Below, one piece after another: positions 10,220 to 18,360 of a stretch of 29,778 nt of DNA; positions within the stretch are counted from its first letter, which is position 1; the number at the start of each line of letters is the position of its first letter. Position numbers and translations under genes: made by a program. Source of the DNA: a virus. Taxonomy: Duplodnaviria > Caudoviricetes. The notes beneath the pieces are model-generated. The model saw only the letters and a program-made list of their open reading frames with translations, ran no database searches and was not told where the DNA came from. The DNA lies in the IMG/VR virus record IMGVR_UViG_3300038974_000450, positions 1-29,778 of that record; one strand, given 5' to 3'.

Positions 10220-11346
10220 TATTTTTTACCCCCTTTGTTTTCAAATGCCTTGTTTAGCTTTTCATCAAAATCATCAACCTGTGCTACGACATTCGGCGCT
10301 TGTGCTCCAGGTGTTTGTGCTGAATCAATTCTGATGTTTGCAAAAGCTGATTCTTTTTTTTCTGCTCTGAGTTCTCTTTGCCTCATAAGTTCCTGTTTCG
10401 CAAACTCGCCCTCATCAATATTGTTTTCGATTGCCTCAATAGTTGAATCGGGAAGTTTTATGCCAGACAGTTCAAGAATGTTTGCTATTCTTTTTCTGTC
10501 GTTTGCAAATTTTGCTTGCACTGAATCTATTCCCTTCTGCTCTGCGGACTGGAGGGCTTTGTTAAATTCCGCTTCAGCTTCAGGATTAGACTTCAAAAAT
10601 TCCTGTAAGTTCATTTGTTCCTCCGTTATATTATTTTCTACCGGTTTTCCAACTGGTGTTAAATCCGTTTTTAACAGTGCTGCTGCTTTGTTTTTATTTC
10701 TTGATATTCTCTCGACATCTCTTGACATTCTGTTTTGACATTCTAATATTTTTAATTGCGCTTTTTTCTTTTTCTCCAGCTCTCCATATTTGGCAAGCTC
10801 TGAATCGGTGAACATTATTTCCTGTTTTTTCTCTTCATCCGGTATGTCTATTTCATCTGCCGAATCTATTACGTTATCGATTATACCGGCATTAGTTAAG
10901 TACTCCCAACCTATAAGCCATATCTCATTTTTCATTTCTGCTAAAATTTCTTCTTTTGGCTTTTTCATTTTTTTAGAATAAGCCTCAGATAAAACATTAT
11001 CCATTGCACGGGCTATGTCGGCTTCACGTTGTATTTCGTCCGCATCACCGATGCCGATTGACTGTGCTCTGTGAGCCATAAAGATAGAATTTTTAAACGC
11101 TGAAATTTTGTCACCTGACATTATAATATAACTCATTGCGCTTGCCGCCATGCCGTTTATAATAAATTCAACTTCGCCTTTATAACTGGAAAAAATATTG
11201 TAAATTTCAAACGCATCAATTATGAATCCGCCGGGAGAATTTACAATTACCTGTAATTTTTCTTTTGAGCCTTCATTGATCTGCGATCTTATATTGTCTG
11301 CTGTTATTTCATATCCGACTATGCCGGATAAATACATAGTTTTCAT
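10219..11346 (-). CDS. ClpP-type prohead protease with C-terminal scaffold
   Basis: VNSPGG, GMAASAMS (catalytic Ser), FMAH (His), NEIWL motifs; helical C-terminal part from MNLQEFLK. Confidence 0.9.
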   Translation of the reverse strand: MKTMYLSGIVGYEITADNIRSQINEGSKEKLQVIVNSPGGFIIDAFEIYNIFSSYKGEVEFIINGMAASAMSYIIMSGDKISAFKNSIFMAHRAQSIGIGDADEIQREADIARAMDNVLSEAYSKKMKKPKEEILAEMKNEIWLIGWEYLTNAGIIDNVIDSADEIDIPDEEKKQEIMFTDSELAKYGELEKKKKAQLKILECQNRMSRDVERISRNKNKAAALLKTDLTPVGKPVENNITEEQMNLQEFLKSNPEAEAEFNKALQSAEQKGIDSVQAKFANDRKRIANILELSGIKLPDSTIEAIENNIDEGEFAKQELMRQRELRAEKKESAFANIRIDSAQTPGAQAPNVVAQVDDFDEKLNKAFENKGGKK

Positions 11347-12866
11347 TCTTCAACCTCCTGTTCGTCATCTATGTCAATTTCACTTGTTGTCTTTTTTTCC
11401 ATATCCTGCTGTAGGACTTGCGCTTGTTTTTCGGGTGACATTTTTTGCCACTCTTCCATCTGTTGCTGCCACTCTTCTATCTGGTCATCCCATTCACGAC
11501 CTCCATATTGTGCTGCCGCGTCTGCAGGCGTGATAAATGCGTTGTCTTTTGCTGTAACAAGTGCGCCGACTTCTTGTGCAGGATTTATATGTCCTGGAAC
11601 AGGACCGAGCCATATACCTGCCAATGTTGCCTCTTGAATTATCGGGTCTTTGAAAAAGAGAGGGTTAGGCATCTCGATTAAATTTTCCATAAATAGCCAT
11701 TTTGCAATCTCACGGATTACGGGTTTATTCACGTTGCGAATAAAATTAAATCTTTTTTGTGTATAAAATTTTATAAAATCGTTTAAAGCTCCCTTGTGCG
11801 CTGTGAAACTTGTTGAATACTTACTCATTACAACTTCAGGAGGCGTGTCTGTTGCCATGCCGACACATTCAATATATGCTGTTTGCAATTTATCAAAATT
11901 ATTCGAAGGTGTTTTAAAGTCTACAAATTGAAAATCACCCTTACTGTCAAGTTGCATTATAGAGCCGGTCGGCATGTTCGCGGTGTTTGTCAGTGTTGAT
12001 AATCCGCTTGCCGGATTTGCGCTGATGCCGTCTATGCCGCGCGCTTCCTGCGCTATTCTTAAAGCCTGTTCACGCGTGTCTGTCTGGTCTGACTTTGAAA
12101 ATCCGAGCATGGTTGATTCCATGACAGCACGGGCAAGCATTGCATCCCACCAACGATCATTATTCTTTGCAGCGGCTATAATTCTATATGATAACGGCAT
12201 CCCCCTTAATTGACGTGCCATTTTTTTATCGTAAAATTGTATTGCGTTCTGGTCGCCGTTTGCATCTTTGAAATATATATGAGATTGCTGAATATCGTTT
12301 AACACAAAACCTTTGCGACGTAAAAATTTGTCGTGTATAATACCGAGTGTTATTAGTTCTGAGCCTTTCGGCGTTGCCTGAAAATTTATCTGGTCTCCAC
12401 CGATTTCTATAAGGTCAAAAGGCATATTTTCATCAGGCGTTTCACGGTCGAAAAGTAAAACGCTGTCACCCATAATCAAGCTGGTGCAAAAAAGTGTTGC
12501 CTGTTTTTCGTAATAATTAAGCATCAAAAAAGCGTAATGAACGAGCTTCTGAAATCTCATTCCCCAGTCTTTTGCTTTTTCTTTTGTTATTCCGAGTGTC
12601 TGCCAGTCGGGTTGACTGCGATATGCAAGACCATTACCGATTGCATAAGCTGTCTGCTTGTTTATTGCCGCTGTTACCGGCGGGTGTGTGTGATAAAGTG
12701 TTGTTGCTCTCTGGCATAATATATCATAGCTTAATTTTAATATCTCATTTGGATCTGTGCCGAAATAATTCCATGTATCTAAATCGCCGGGGATTTTATC
12801 ACCGGTTAATTGTGCATGATTTGTTAAATTTTGTAACTTGCCGTTGTTAATTATCATTATTGACAT
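11343..12866 (-). CDS. portal protein (lambda gpB family)
   Basis: 507 aa; RQLRGMP, WLGPVPGHINPAQEV and GREWDDQIEE match lambda-family portal motifs. Confidence 0.9.
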   Translation of the reverse strand: MSIMIINNGKLQNLTNHAQLTGDKIPGDLDTWNYFGTDPNEILKLSYDILCQRATTLYHTHPPVTAAINKQTAYAIGNGLAYRSQPDWQTLGITKEKAKDWGMRFQKLVHYAFLMLNYYEKQATLFCTSLIMGDSVLLFDRETPDENMPFDLIEIGGDQINFQATPKGSELITLGIIHDKFLRRKGFVLNDIQQSHIYFKDANGDQNAIQFYDKKMARQLRGMPLSYRIIAAAKNNDRWWDAMLARAVMESTMLGFSKSDQTDTREQALRIAQEARGIDGISANPASGLSTLTNTANMPTGSIMQLDSKGDFQFVDFKTPSNNFDKLQTAYIECVGMATDTPPEVVMSKYSTSFTAHKGALNDFIKFYTQKRFNFIRNVNKPVIREIAKWLFMENLIEMPNPLFFKDPIIQEATLAGIWLGPVPGHINPAQEVGALVTAKDNAFITPADAAAQYGGREWDDQIEEWQQQMEEWQKMSPEKQAQVLQQDMEKKTTSEIDIDDEQEVEE

Positions 12867-12870
12867 ATAA

Positions 12871-13098
12871 TTACCACATGGGTCTCATTCTGTAACCGCG
12901 TGTCCCGCTTAAAGATGCTAATTGCCTGTATAATTTGTCGCGCTCTTCTGACAGCATTTTATAATCTGCCATTGTTACGGTTCTGGAAGTTCCCGCACCG
13001 GATGCGGATGTTATTGTATAGGATTGACCACCCTTGCGTATATGTTCAAGTGCGGTGTTTATGGAGGCTATTTCTGCTAATATTTCGGCTTCTGTCAT
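12871..13098 (-). CDS. head completion protein (gpW-like)
   Basis: 75 aa just before the portal; 'GGQSYTI...SRTVTMADY..L...R..L' gpW-like pattern. Confidence 0.75.
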   Translation of the reverse strand: MTEAEILAEIASINTALEHIRKGGQSYTITSASGAGTSRTVTMADYKMLSEERDKLYRQLASLSGTRGYRMRPMW

Positions 13099-13380
13099 TT
13101 AGTCACCCTGATTAAATATTTCCCAGTCTTCGGCTAAAATATCATTTTGACTTGCGAGCCATCCGGGTTGCCATATACCTTGTGCTGTCCACATTACGAT
13201 ATATGCCCCACATTCAAAAGATTGTTTAATTCCGTGTTTTTGCGTTCTCTCGTTTGGTGTGTCTACAACAAAAGATGGCATTAAACAAAGCCACATTCCT
13301 TTTCCGTTCCATCCGGCACGGCAAACCTTTTTACCGGATTTTAATTGATTTATTGCCCATCCAAAATCTCTATTTTCCAT
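13099..13380 (-). CDS. DUF2829 protein, Tad2-like (Thoeris anti-defence 2) nucleotide-signal sponge
   Basis: DFGWAINQLKSGKKVCRAGWNGKGMW ... GWLASQNDILAEDWEI are the DUF2829 N- and C-terminal signatures. Confidence 0.85.
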   Translation of the reverse strand: MENRDFGWAINQLKSGKKVCRAGWNGKGMWLCLMPSFVVDTPNERTQKHGIKQSFECGAYIVMWTAQGIWQPGWLASQNDILAEDWEIFNQGD

Positions 13381-13448
13381 TATAGTTTTTTAGCCTTTAA
13401 TATATTTATTATTTAATAATTTTCTAAAATACTGTTTAACTTTTTGCA

Positions 13449-13477
13449 ATCATAATATATATATGCTGTTTTGTCAA
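13449..13477 (-). promoter_or_regulatory. sigma70-type promoter for the tad2-like and head genes
   Basis: TTGACA (13472-13477), 17-bp spacer, TATGAT (13449-13454) in an intergenic gap. Confidence 0.65.
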
Positions 13478-13503
13478 CACTTTTTTATATGTTAAAATTA
13501 GAA

Positions 13504-13893
13504 TTATTTTAAAATCATATACGACAGACCACCGATCACAACCACCCCGATTCCTATTCCGGCATAAAATTTCCAGTTGCCCTCCTGATAAACGGGAACA
13601 TGTATATTTTCCGCTCCGGTGCGCTCATATAATCGCCATGTCACATCAATGTCGGTATAATTTTTTTGCAAGCTGTTTATATTATATTTAATCTGCATCG
13701 ATGTTGTGTCATAATTATAGGCTATTTTACAACAATCAGATTTTGAATAATCACGGTAAACAATTTTATCGATGGTTTTTATAACTTCGACCTCTCTTGT
13801 TATCTGCTTCGGCGTTGTTAATTTATAACCGCAGAAAATACCGACGGAAAATATTATTACCGATAAGATAAGAGCGGAAAATATTTTATACAT
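13504..13893 (-). CDS. membrane protein with N- and C-terminal hydrophobic segments (spanin-like candidate)
   Basis: 129 aa; hydrophobic residues about 4-22 and terminal GIGIGVVVIGGLSYMIL; last gene of the lysis-like cassette. Confidence 0.45.
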   Translation of the reverse strand: MYKIFSALILSVIIFSVGIFCGYKLTTPKQITREVEVIKTIDKIVYRDYSKSDCCKIAYNYDTTSMQIKYNINSLQKNYTDIDVTWRLYERTGAENIHVPVYQEGNWKFYAGIGIGVVVIGGLSYMILK

Positions 13894-13894
13894 T

Positions 13895-14194
13895 CTATTT
13901 ACCCATAAAAATTAAAATATAATTCAAGCACCCGCCGATTATCCAGAAACTTAAGTCTCTTATTGAATCCAGCCATGATTTGGGTATTTCTAATGCTTTA
14001 ATATATTTCCGATATTGATAAGCCTCCATAAGCAATCCAGAAATAAAACCACATAACACGGGTATGTAAATCAGCGGAAAAAAATGATAAATAAAAAACG
14101 CAATCCAGAAGCCATAAAACATATGTGTGTGCTGGAATGCGAGTTCTTTTACATTCCAGAATTTATTTGTGTCTGTCGGTATTCCGAATGGCAT
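13895..14194 (-). CDS. small multi-TM membrane protein (VanZ-like motif pattern; holin candidate)
   Basis: 99 aa, about 3 hydrophobic segments with H...E..Q...D...D.....GG spacing. Confidence 0.5.
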   Translation of the reverse strand: MPFGIPTDTNKFWNVKELAFQHTHMFYGFWIAFFIYHFFPLIYIPVLCGFISGLLMEAYQYRKYIKALEIPKSWLDSIRDLSFWIIGGCLNYILIFMGK

Positions 14195-14327
14195 TTAGTA
14201 CCCCCTCTAATGTTATCATTTTACGCTCTGAAAATTCTTCTCTTTTCCCCTTGTTGAATGCTATAACGGGATTATAATATCCCGATACACGGGAATATGT
14301 CAATACTGGTATTTTTGTTTCTGTCAT
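14163..14327 (-). CDS. stand-alone NrdD (class III ribonucleotide reductase) C-terminal glycyl-radical domain
   Basis: hand-translated 54 aa: MTETKIPVLTYSRVSGYYNPVIAFNKGKREEFSERKMITLEGVLNAIRNTDRHK; YSRVxGY and FNKGKxEEFxER are the NrdD C-terminal signature; ATGA overlap with the upstream ORF. Confidence 0.85.
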   Translation of the reverse strand: MTETKIPVLTYSRVSGYYNPVIAFNKGKREEFSERKMITLEGVLNAIRNTDRHK

Positions 14328-14425
14328 CTTAAATTATCTCCATCATGAAACATTGAAATCATAAAAAATATAAAGAGCAGGCACATGCAAGTTATAGCTG
14401 CCGTAATTACATTATCTACTATCAT
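14324..14425 (-). CDS. 33-aa single-TM peptide
   Basis: hand-translated MIVDNVITAAITCMCLLFIFFMISMFHDGDNLR; AAGGA upstream; stop overlaps the next ATG. Confidence 0.45.
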   Translation of the reverse strand: MIVDNVITAAITCMCLLFIFFMISMFHDGDNLR

Positions 14426-14549
14426 TTTTATTATCCTTTTCATTTTCTTTTATGGGTATAAAGCATTTTTTAATGTCGTTTCCGTTTTTCATTTCCACGC
14501 AATAAATATATTTTGAGCAGAAAAAACAACAATCTTTAGAAGCTGACAT
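14412..14549 (-). CDS. 45-aa Cys-rich peptide (possible metal binding)
   Basis: hand-translated MSASKDCCFFCSKYIYCVEMKNGNDIKKCFIPIKENEKDNKNDSR; GGAG upstream; overlaps both neighbours. Confidence 0.5.
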   Translation of the reverse strand: MSASKDCCFFCSKYIYCVEMKNGNDIKKCFIPIKENEKDNKNDSR

Positions 14550-14688
14550 TTATTGCTCCGAAATAAAAACCTGCTATTGTTATTATTATCAGTGTTATAC
14601 AAATTATAAGTATAATATTTCTTATGCGCTTGAATTTTGTTTTATTGCCTAAAATTTCGCTGACGGCTTTTATTTCTTCTTTTGCCAT
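14536..14688 (-). CDS. 50-aa single-TM protein
   Basis: hand-translated MAKEEIKAVSEILGNKTKFKRIRNIILIICITLIIITIAGFYFGAINVSF; AGGAG RBS. Confidence 0.6.
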   Translation of the reverse strand: MAKEEIKAVSEILGNKTKFKRIRNIILIICITLIIITIAGFYFGAINVSF

Positions 14689-14699
14689 TTCAGTTCTCC

Positions 14700-15242
14700 T
14701 CAATTCATATCAAGTAATTTTTCAAATTGTTTCTCTTTTATCTCTTTAAATGCTAATACACCAACACCGCGATTCATTGTATCGAATAAAAATAGCGCGC
14801 CCATTTTCATCATGCAGATAATAAAGTGGTTCTTTCGCTTTCCGGTTAGTGTTCTGCCAGTGTAAATTCTGAGCTGATAAACTCCATCCGGTTTTAGTTT
14901 TGTTGGATTTATTATCTGGTTGTAATCTTCAATAAAGTTCAGTTCAAAATTTTTAACTCCTAATTTTTCACATAACGCCGGTTTGTCTGTGATATATCCG
15001 TCTGCTCTAATATATCCCGATTCGTAACCGATTTTAAAATATTCGTCGTAATTACATGCGATTTTATCAGTGATAAATAAGCCCATCCAGAAAGACACCG
15101 AATTACAGTGGCTTAACGCATATTTTTTTGCTTGTTTTTCTGTGCAATCGAGAACGAGCATTATGTCTTTCCATAAAAGTGAGTCATCACTCATCTGGTT
15201 ATATTGTCTTGCTATGCTTTGCAATATTTCAAATTTATACAT
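14700..15242 (-). CDS. papain-like (C39/DUF261-like) peptidase, candidate endolysin
   Basis: putative Cys-His-Asp triad HCNSVS / NHFII / LFDT and GYIRADGYI motif; flanked by TM genes; the 15242 start fits the GGAG spacing better than 15254. Confidence 0.5.
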   Translation of the reverse strand: MYKFEILQSIARQYNQMSDDSLLWKDIMLVLDCTEKQAKKYALSHCNSVSFWMGLFITDKIACNYDEYFKIGYESGYIRADGYITDKPALCEKLGVKNFELNFIEDYNQIINPTKLKPDGVYQLRIYTGRTLTGKRKNHFIICMMKMGALFLFDTMNRGVGVLAFKEIKEKQFEKLLDMN

Positions 15243-15417
15243 ATTCGACCGCATCTCCCAAACAGGTTTTTAAAACTTCACAATCTTCACAATGTAAACA
15301 TCTGTCAGAAATATATGTGCATGAATATTTTTCATCCGATTTAAATGCTTCACCCTTGCAATTTTCTAAGCATGTACCACAACCGATGCAATTATCAGGA
15401 TTAAATTTTATGTTCAT
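15235..15417 (-). CDS. small 2x[4Fe-4S]-type ferredoxin
   Basis: 60 aa; CIGCGTCLENC and CLHCEDCEVLKTC cluster motifs. Confidence 0.85.
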   Translation of the reverse strand: MNIKFNPDNCIGCGTCLENCKGEAFKSDEKYSCTYISDRCLHCEDCEVLKTCLGDAVEYV

Positions 15418-15614
15418 CTTTTCTTGTCCGCTTTCTCTTCTATTTTATTAAAGATTCTGATATGCTCGTCTCTGTTTTTTGCAAATTGGCAATCGTTGTC
15501 CGACACATGGCGCTTGAATATGTAAACAACAAGCCCGCCGCCAAATAACAACAGAGAGCCGACAATACCAAGCAGAAGGCTGATAAGTTTAAATATAATT
15601 TCATTTTGCGGCAT
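15414..15614 (-). CDS. single-TM protein with charged C-terminus (holin-like candidate)
   Basis: LISLLLGIVGSLLLFGGGLVVYIF hydrophobic stretch; ATG at 15614 has a GGAG RBS (ORF track starts at TTG 15638). Confidence 0.5.
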   Translation of the reverse strand: MPQNEIIFKLISLLLGIVGSLLLFGGGLVVYIFKRHVSDNDCQFAKNRDEHIRIFNKIEEKADKKR

Positions 15615-15644
15615 CGCATTATTTTCTCCCTTCCTCAATTATTG

Positions 15645-16451
15645 TTATACTTCCGTTTCAGTGAAACCGATATTATCATAGTGCATTATAACACCTAAAT
15701 TTTTTTTCTCCAGATATTCCGCATAATTGCCTTGTATAATTTTTGTTTCTCCCTTTTTGCCTCTTGCGGGAAATGGCGACATTACATCACGCAAAAAATA
15801 TACTGCTATTTTGTCTGTTTTACCGAGGCGCCTCTCACCTTTGCCATCTATGTCTATGCGCTTGCCGTGTCCTTTGCCTGTTTGCGCTTCGCAGACTATA
15901 AGGTCATCAATCCAGTTTATTTCGAGCGGTTCATTTTCACAGCAAGTCAGATTGCGTGTGTAATAATGGTCGCCGCCTTTGTTTGCCCACCATCGGGATT
16001 TATTTTTAAACTTTGTGTGCAACATAAAGCATTCAGTTTGAAATGATTTTTGATTTTTCCAGTTCTTTGGAAATATGACACCGTTCCAGCGTATTACACG
16101 GCAGACGTTTATGTAATCTTCTTTGCACTGTGTAACAAATTTTTCTATTGCATCATCGCTGTGATATTTGTCGTCATCGTCGATAAAACAATAATATCCC
16201 GGCTCATCGTCCGGTATCGCGTCAAGTAGTCTGTTGTTATATAAATTATAAGGCGCCGTTCCCTGTAGCGGTGAAAATCTGCTGCCTTTTATTATTATAT
16301 CTCCCTCGACATAAGTATCACGTGGGTCGTCAGTGTGTACTATTGTTATAATATTTTTATATGTCTGTGCCTTGACAGACTCCATCATGGTTTTAAAATA
16401 TTTCGGTCTGCCTGATGTTCTAATTAAAATATAAACAGGAATATCTGTCAT
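15645..16451 (-). CDS. GT-A fold (GT2-like) glycosyltransferase with C-terminal bL9-N-like domain
   Basis: ILIRTSGRP, SVKAQTYKN, CFIDDDD (DxD) and GGDH motifs; C-terminal IAVYFLRDV...GKKGETKIIQGNYAEYLEKKNLG. Confidence 0.8.
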   Translation of the reverse strand: MTDIPVYILIRTSGRPKYFKTMMESVKAQTYKNIITIVHTDDPRDTYVEGDIIIKGSRFSPLQGTAPYNLYNNRLLDAIPDDEPGYYCFIDDDDKYHSDDAIEKFVTQCKEDYINVCRVIRWNGVIFPKNWKNQKSFQTECFMLHTKFKNKSRWWANKGGDHYYTRNLTCCENEPLEINWIDDLIVCEAQTGKGHGKRIDIDGKGERRLGKTDKIAVYFLRDVMSPFPARGKKGETKIIQGNYAEYLEKKNLGVIMHYDNIGFTETEV

Positions 16452-16460
16452 TGTATCACC

Positions 16461-16982
16461 TTACACCCTGTAAAACCATGTTTTATCATCATCAAGTTCT
16501 ACGTTTTTCAAAACTTCATCAACCGATTTTTTTACACCCGAACGCGTATAATCATGTCCGCATAGATAACCGCCTTTTTTAATCTTTGGTAACCATGCTC
16601 TAATGTCCGCGAGACATCCCTCGTAACTGTGGTCGGCATCGATAAAAACAAAGTCAAAAAAATTATCATCAAATCTTTTTACGGCGCTCAAACTGCCTCT
16701 TTTTATTATTTTATAGCGCCCTGCAAATGGTGAAATTTTTCTCACTGCTTTTTGGTATATCATTTCCCATTTTTCGGCGTCATGATTTGTCATGTATGCA
16801 CTGACATCTCCCAATTTTTCGGATGGAGAATATTCACACCACCTGTCTATCATATACAAAAATAAATTAGGTAATCCAGTTAAAAGCTGTTTTGAGTTTT
16901 TAGCCTCGAATACTCCTATTTCCGCGCCGATTAGTTTGTCATCAGGATTAAATCTTTTAATTATAGTTTCCCATCTTTTCAA
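16461..16982 (-). CDS. class I SAM methyltransferase (Methyltransf_24-like)
   Basis: GAEIGVFEA, FDFVFIDADHSYE, KKGGYLCGHDY. Confidence 0.88.
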   Translation of the reverse strand: MKRWETIIKRFNPDDKLIGAEIGVFEAKNSKQLLTGLPNLFLYMIDRWCEYSPSEKLGDVSAYMTNHDAEKWEMIYQKAVRKISPFAGRYKIIKRGSLSAVKRFDDNFFDFVFIDADHSYEGCLADIRAWLPKIKKGGYLCGHDYTRSGVKKSVDEVLKNVELDDDKTWFYRV

Positions 16983-16985
16983 TTT

Positions 16986-17585
16986 TTATACCTTTTTTAT
17001 TATCACTGTTTTTTGATATACTTTTTTTACTACTGGCATATCGATTACTGATATTTTGCATTTATAGTCAAGCCATGCAGGTATAAGCGTTATAAGTTCA
17101 TCGACTGTAATTGACACGGGGTCTGTCTTGTTTACGCTTTTGCTGATTTCTCCGGTATGTTCCTGTCGTTTGTCATATTCTAAAAAAATATAACCGCCGG
17201 ATTTTAATTGCTCAAACCATATTTTTATGGTTTCCATCGGGTTAAATGCGTGGTCAAAAGAATTTGAATATATAAAATCAAATTTGTTTATCCAGTCAGG
17301 ATTCTGAATATTAAAATCCCATTGAATTGTATTCTCCGCACTTGCATCACCTATTTCTGAGCCGATAGTCAGGCAGCCGGAAATATATTTATTGAACCAT
17401 TTCTGTTCGTAACCTCCGCGTGTGCCATGACATAGCCCGTTTTTAGCTTCTATATTTTTATTTACATAGTCGGCAAGAAATTTAATATTTTCTTCAACCG
17501 CCCATATATTTGCAGACTTGCGGGCGTTTGCTTCTTTCTGGCAGGTGACATATTCGTTATAATTTTTGTATTTGTATATTTTCAA
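16986..17585 (-). CDS. class I SAM methyltransferase
   Basis: LCHGTRGG (motif I variant), FDFIYSNSFDH, QLKSGGYIFLE. Confidence 0.75.
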   Translation of the reverse strand: MKIYKYKNYNEYVTCQKEANARKSANIWAVEENIKFLADYVNKNIEAKNGLCHGTRGGYEQKWFNKYISGCLTIGSEIGDASAENTIQWDFNIQNPDWINKFDFIYSNSFDHAFNPMETIKIWFEQLKSGGYIFLEYDKRQEHTGEISKSVNKTDPVSITVDELITLIPAWLDYKCKISVIDMPVVKKVYQKTVIIKKV

Positions 17586-18283
17586 AGTTCAGCCTTTTCT
17601 TTTATGTTTAGTTTTCTCAAATTTTCTTTTGCGTTGTATGTTTCGTCGGCGTCAATTCTGATTTCTTCAGTCAGTGTCTTTCCGTATTTGTGAGCTTCTA
17701 AAATAACTTTAAAATCTGTATCAATTTTCTGCATTTTTTGCCAGTGCTGAACTATGTTTTTATTTTTTATCATTTTAGCGAGCTTTTGAGATTGACAGAC
17801 CGATTTGCGCCATAAATCGCAATAATATTGTTCAAAGTCGTGTTTTCCGAAAATAATATTACCGGTGTATGTAATTTTACCTTGTTTTTCCATATGTCGG
17901 CGGATATTTGATTCCGGTTTTATATGTTCGTGGGTTATGTATTTCAGCGCTTCGGGGAGTAATTCTGTTTTGTAAATATGTATGCCTGCACGTCGTGGAC
18001 AATTAAATATTTTATCGTCGGTTTTTCCGTCTAAACAAAAAATATTATCCGGTAATGTGTTTAATTCGTCTATTGCTTTTTGCAGTGTGTTGTCATAAAG
18101 TAAAACGTCGGCGTCTATAACCGGTGTCCATTTGTCACCGACTGAAATAGATGTTTCATATGTCTTTTTTATAGCTTTTGAAAACGGTTTTTCTGAAATA
18201 ATATGAACGTTACCTTGCTTTTTTGCAAGCTCTATACATTTTTGTGTAGTGCGTTCGCCACATGTACGGATTATTATATTCAT
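17582..18283 (-). CDS. GT-A fold glycosyltransferase-like protein
   Basis: N-terminal IIIRTCGER strand, VIDADVLL DxD motif, AGIHIY. Confidence 0.65.
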   Translation of the reverse strand: MNIIIRTCGERTTQKCIELAKKQGNVHIISEKPFSKAIKKTYETSISVGDKWTPVIDADVLLYDNTLQKAIDELNTLPDNIFCLDGKTDDKIFNCPRRAGIHIYKTELLPEALKYITHEHIKPESNIRRHMEKQGKITYTGNIIFGKHDFEQYYCDLWRKSVCQSQKLAKMIKNKNIVQHWQKMQKIDTDFKVILEAHKYGKTLTEEIRIDADETYNAKENLRKLNIKEKAEL

Positions 18284-18289
18284 GCGTCA

Positions 18290-18317
18290 ATTATAGAATA
18301 TACTAAAATACTGTCAA
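18290..18317 (-). promoter_or_regulatory. sigma70-type promoter, probably leaderless, for the GT/MTase operon
   Basis: TTGACA (18312-18317), 16-bp spacer, TATAAT (18290-18295); ATG only 6 nt after the -10; no SD. Confidence 0.65.
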
Positions 18318-18360
18318 TGATTTTTTATATGTAAATTAAAAAAATGTATGCAGGTATGTT

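Noticed and set aside
1132-13115. Many plus-strand ORFs over the structural genes (e.g. 10235..10738)
   Set aside because: Antisense shadows of well-supported minus-strand genes, with no motifs
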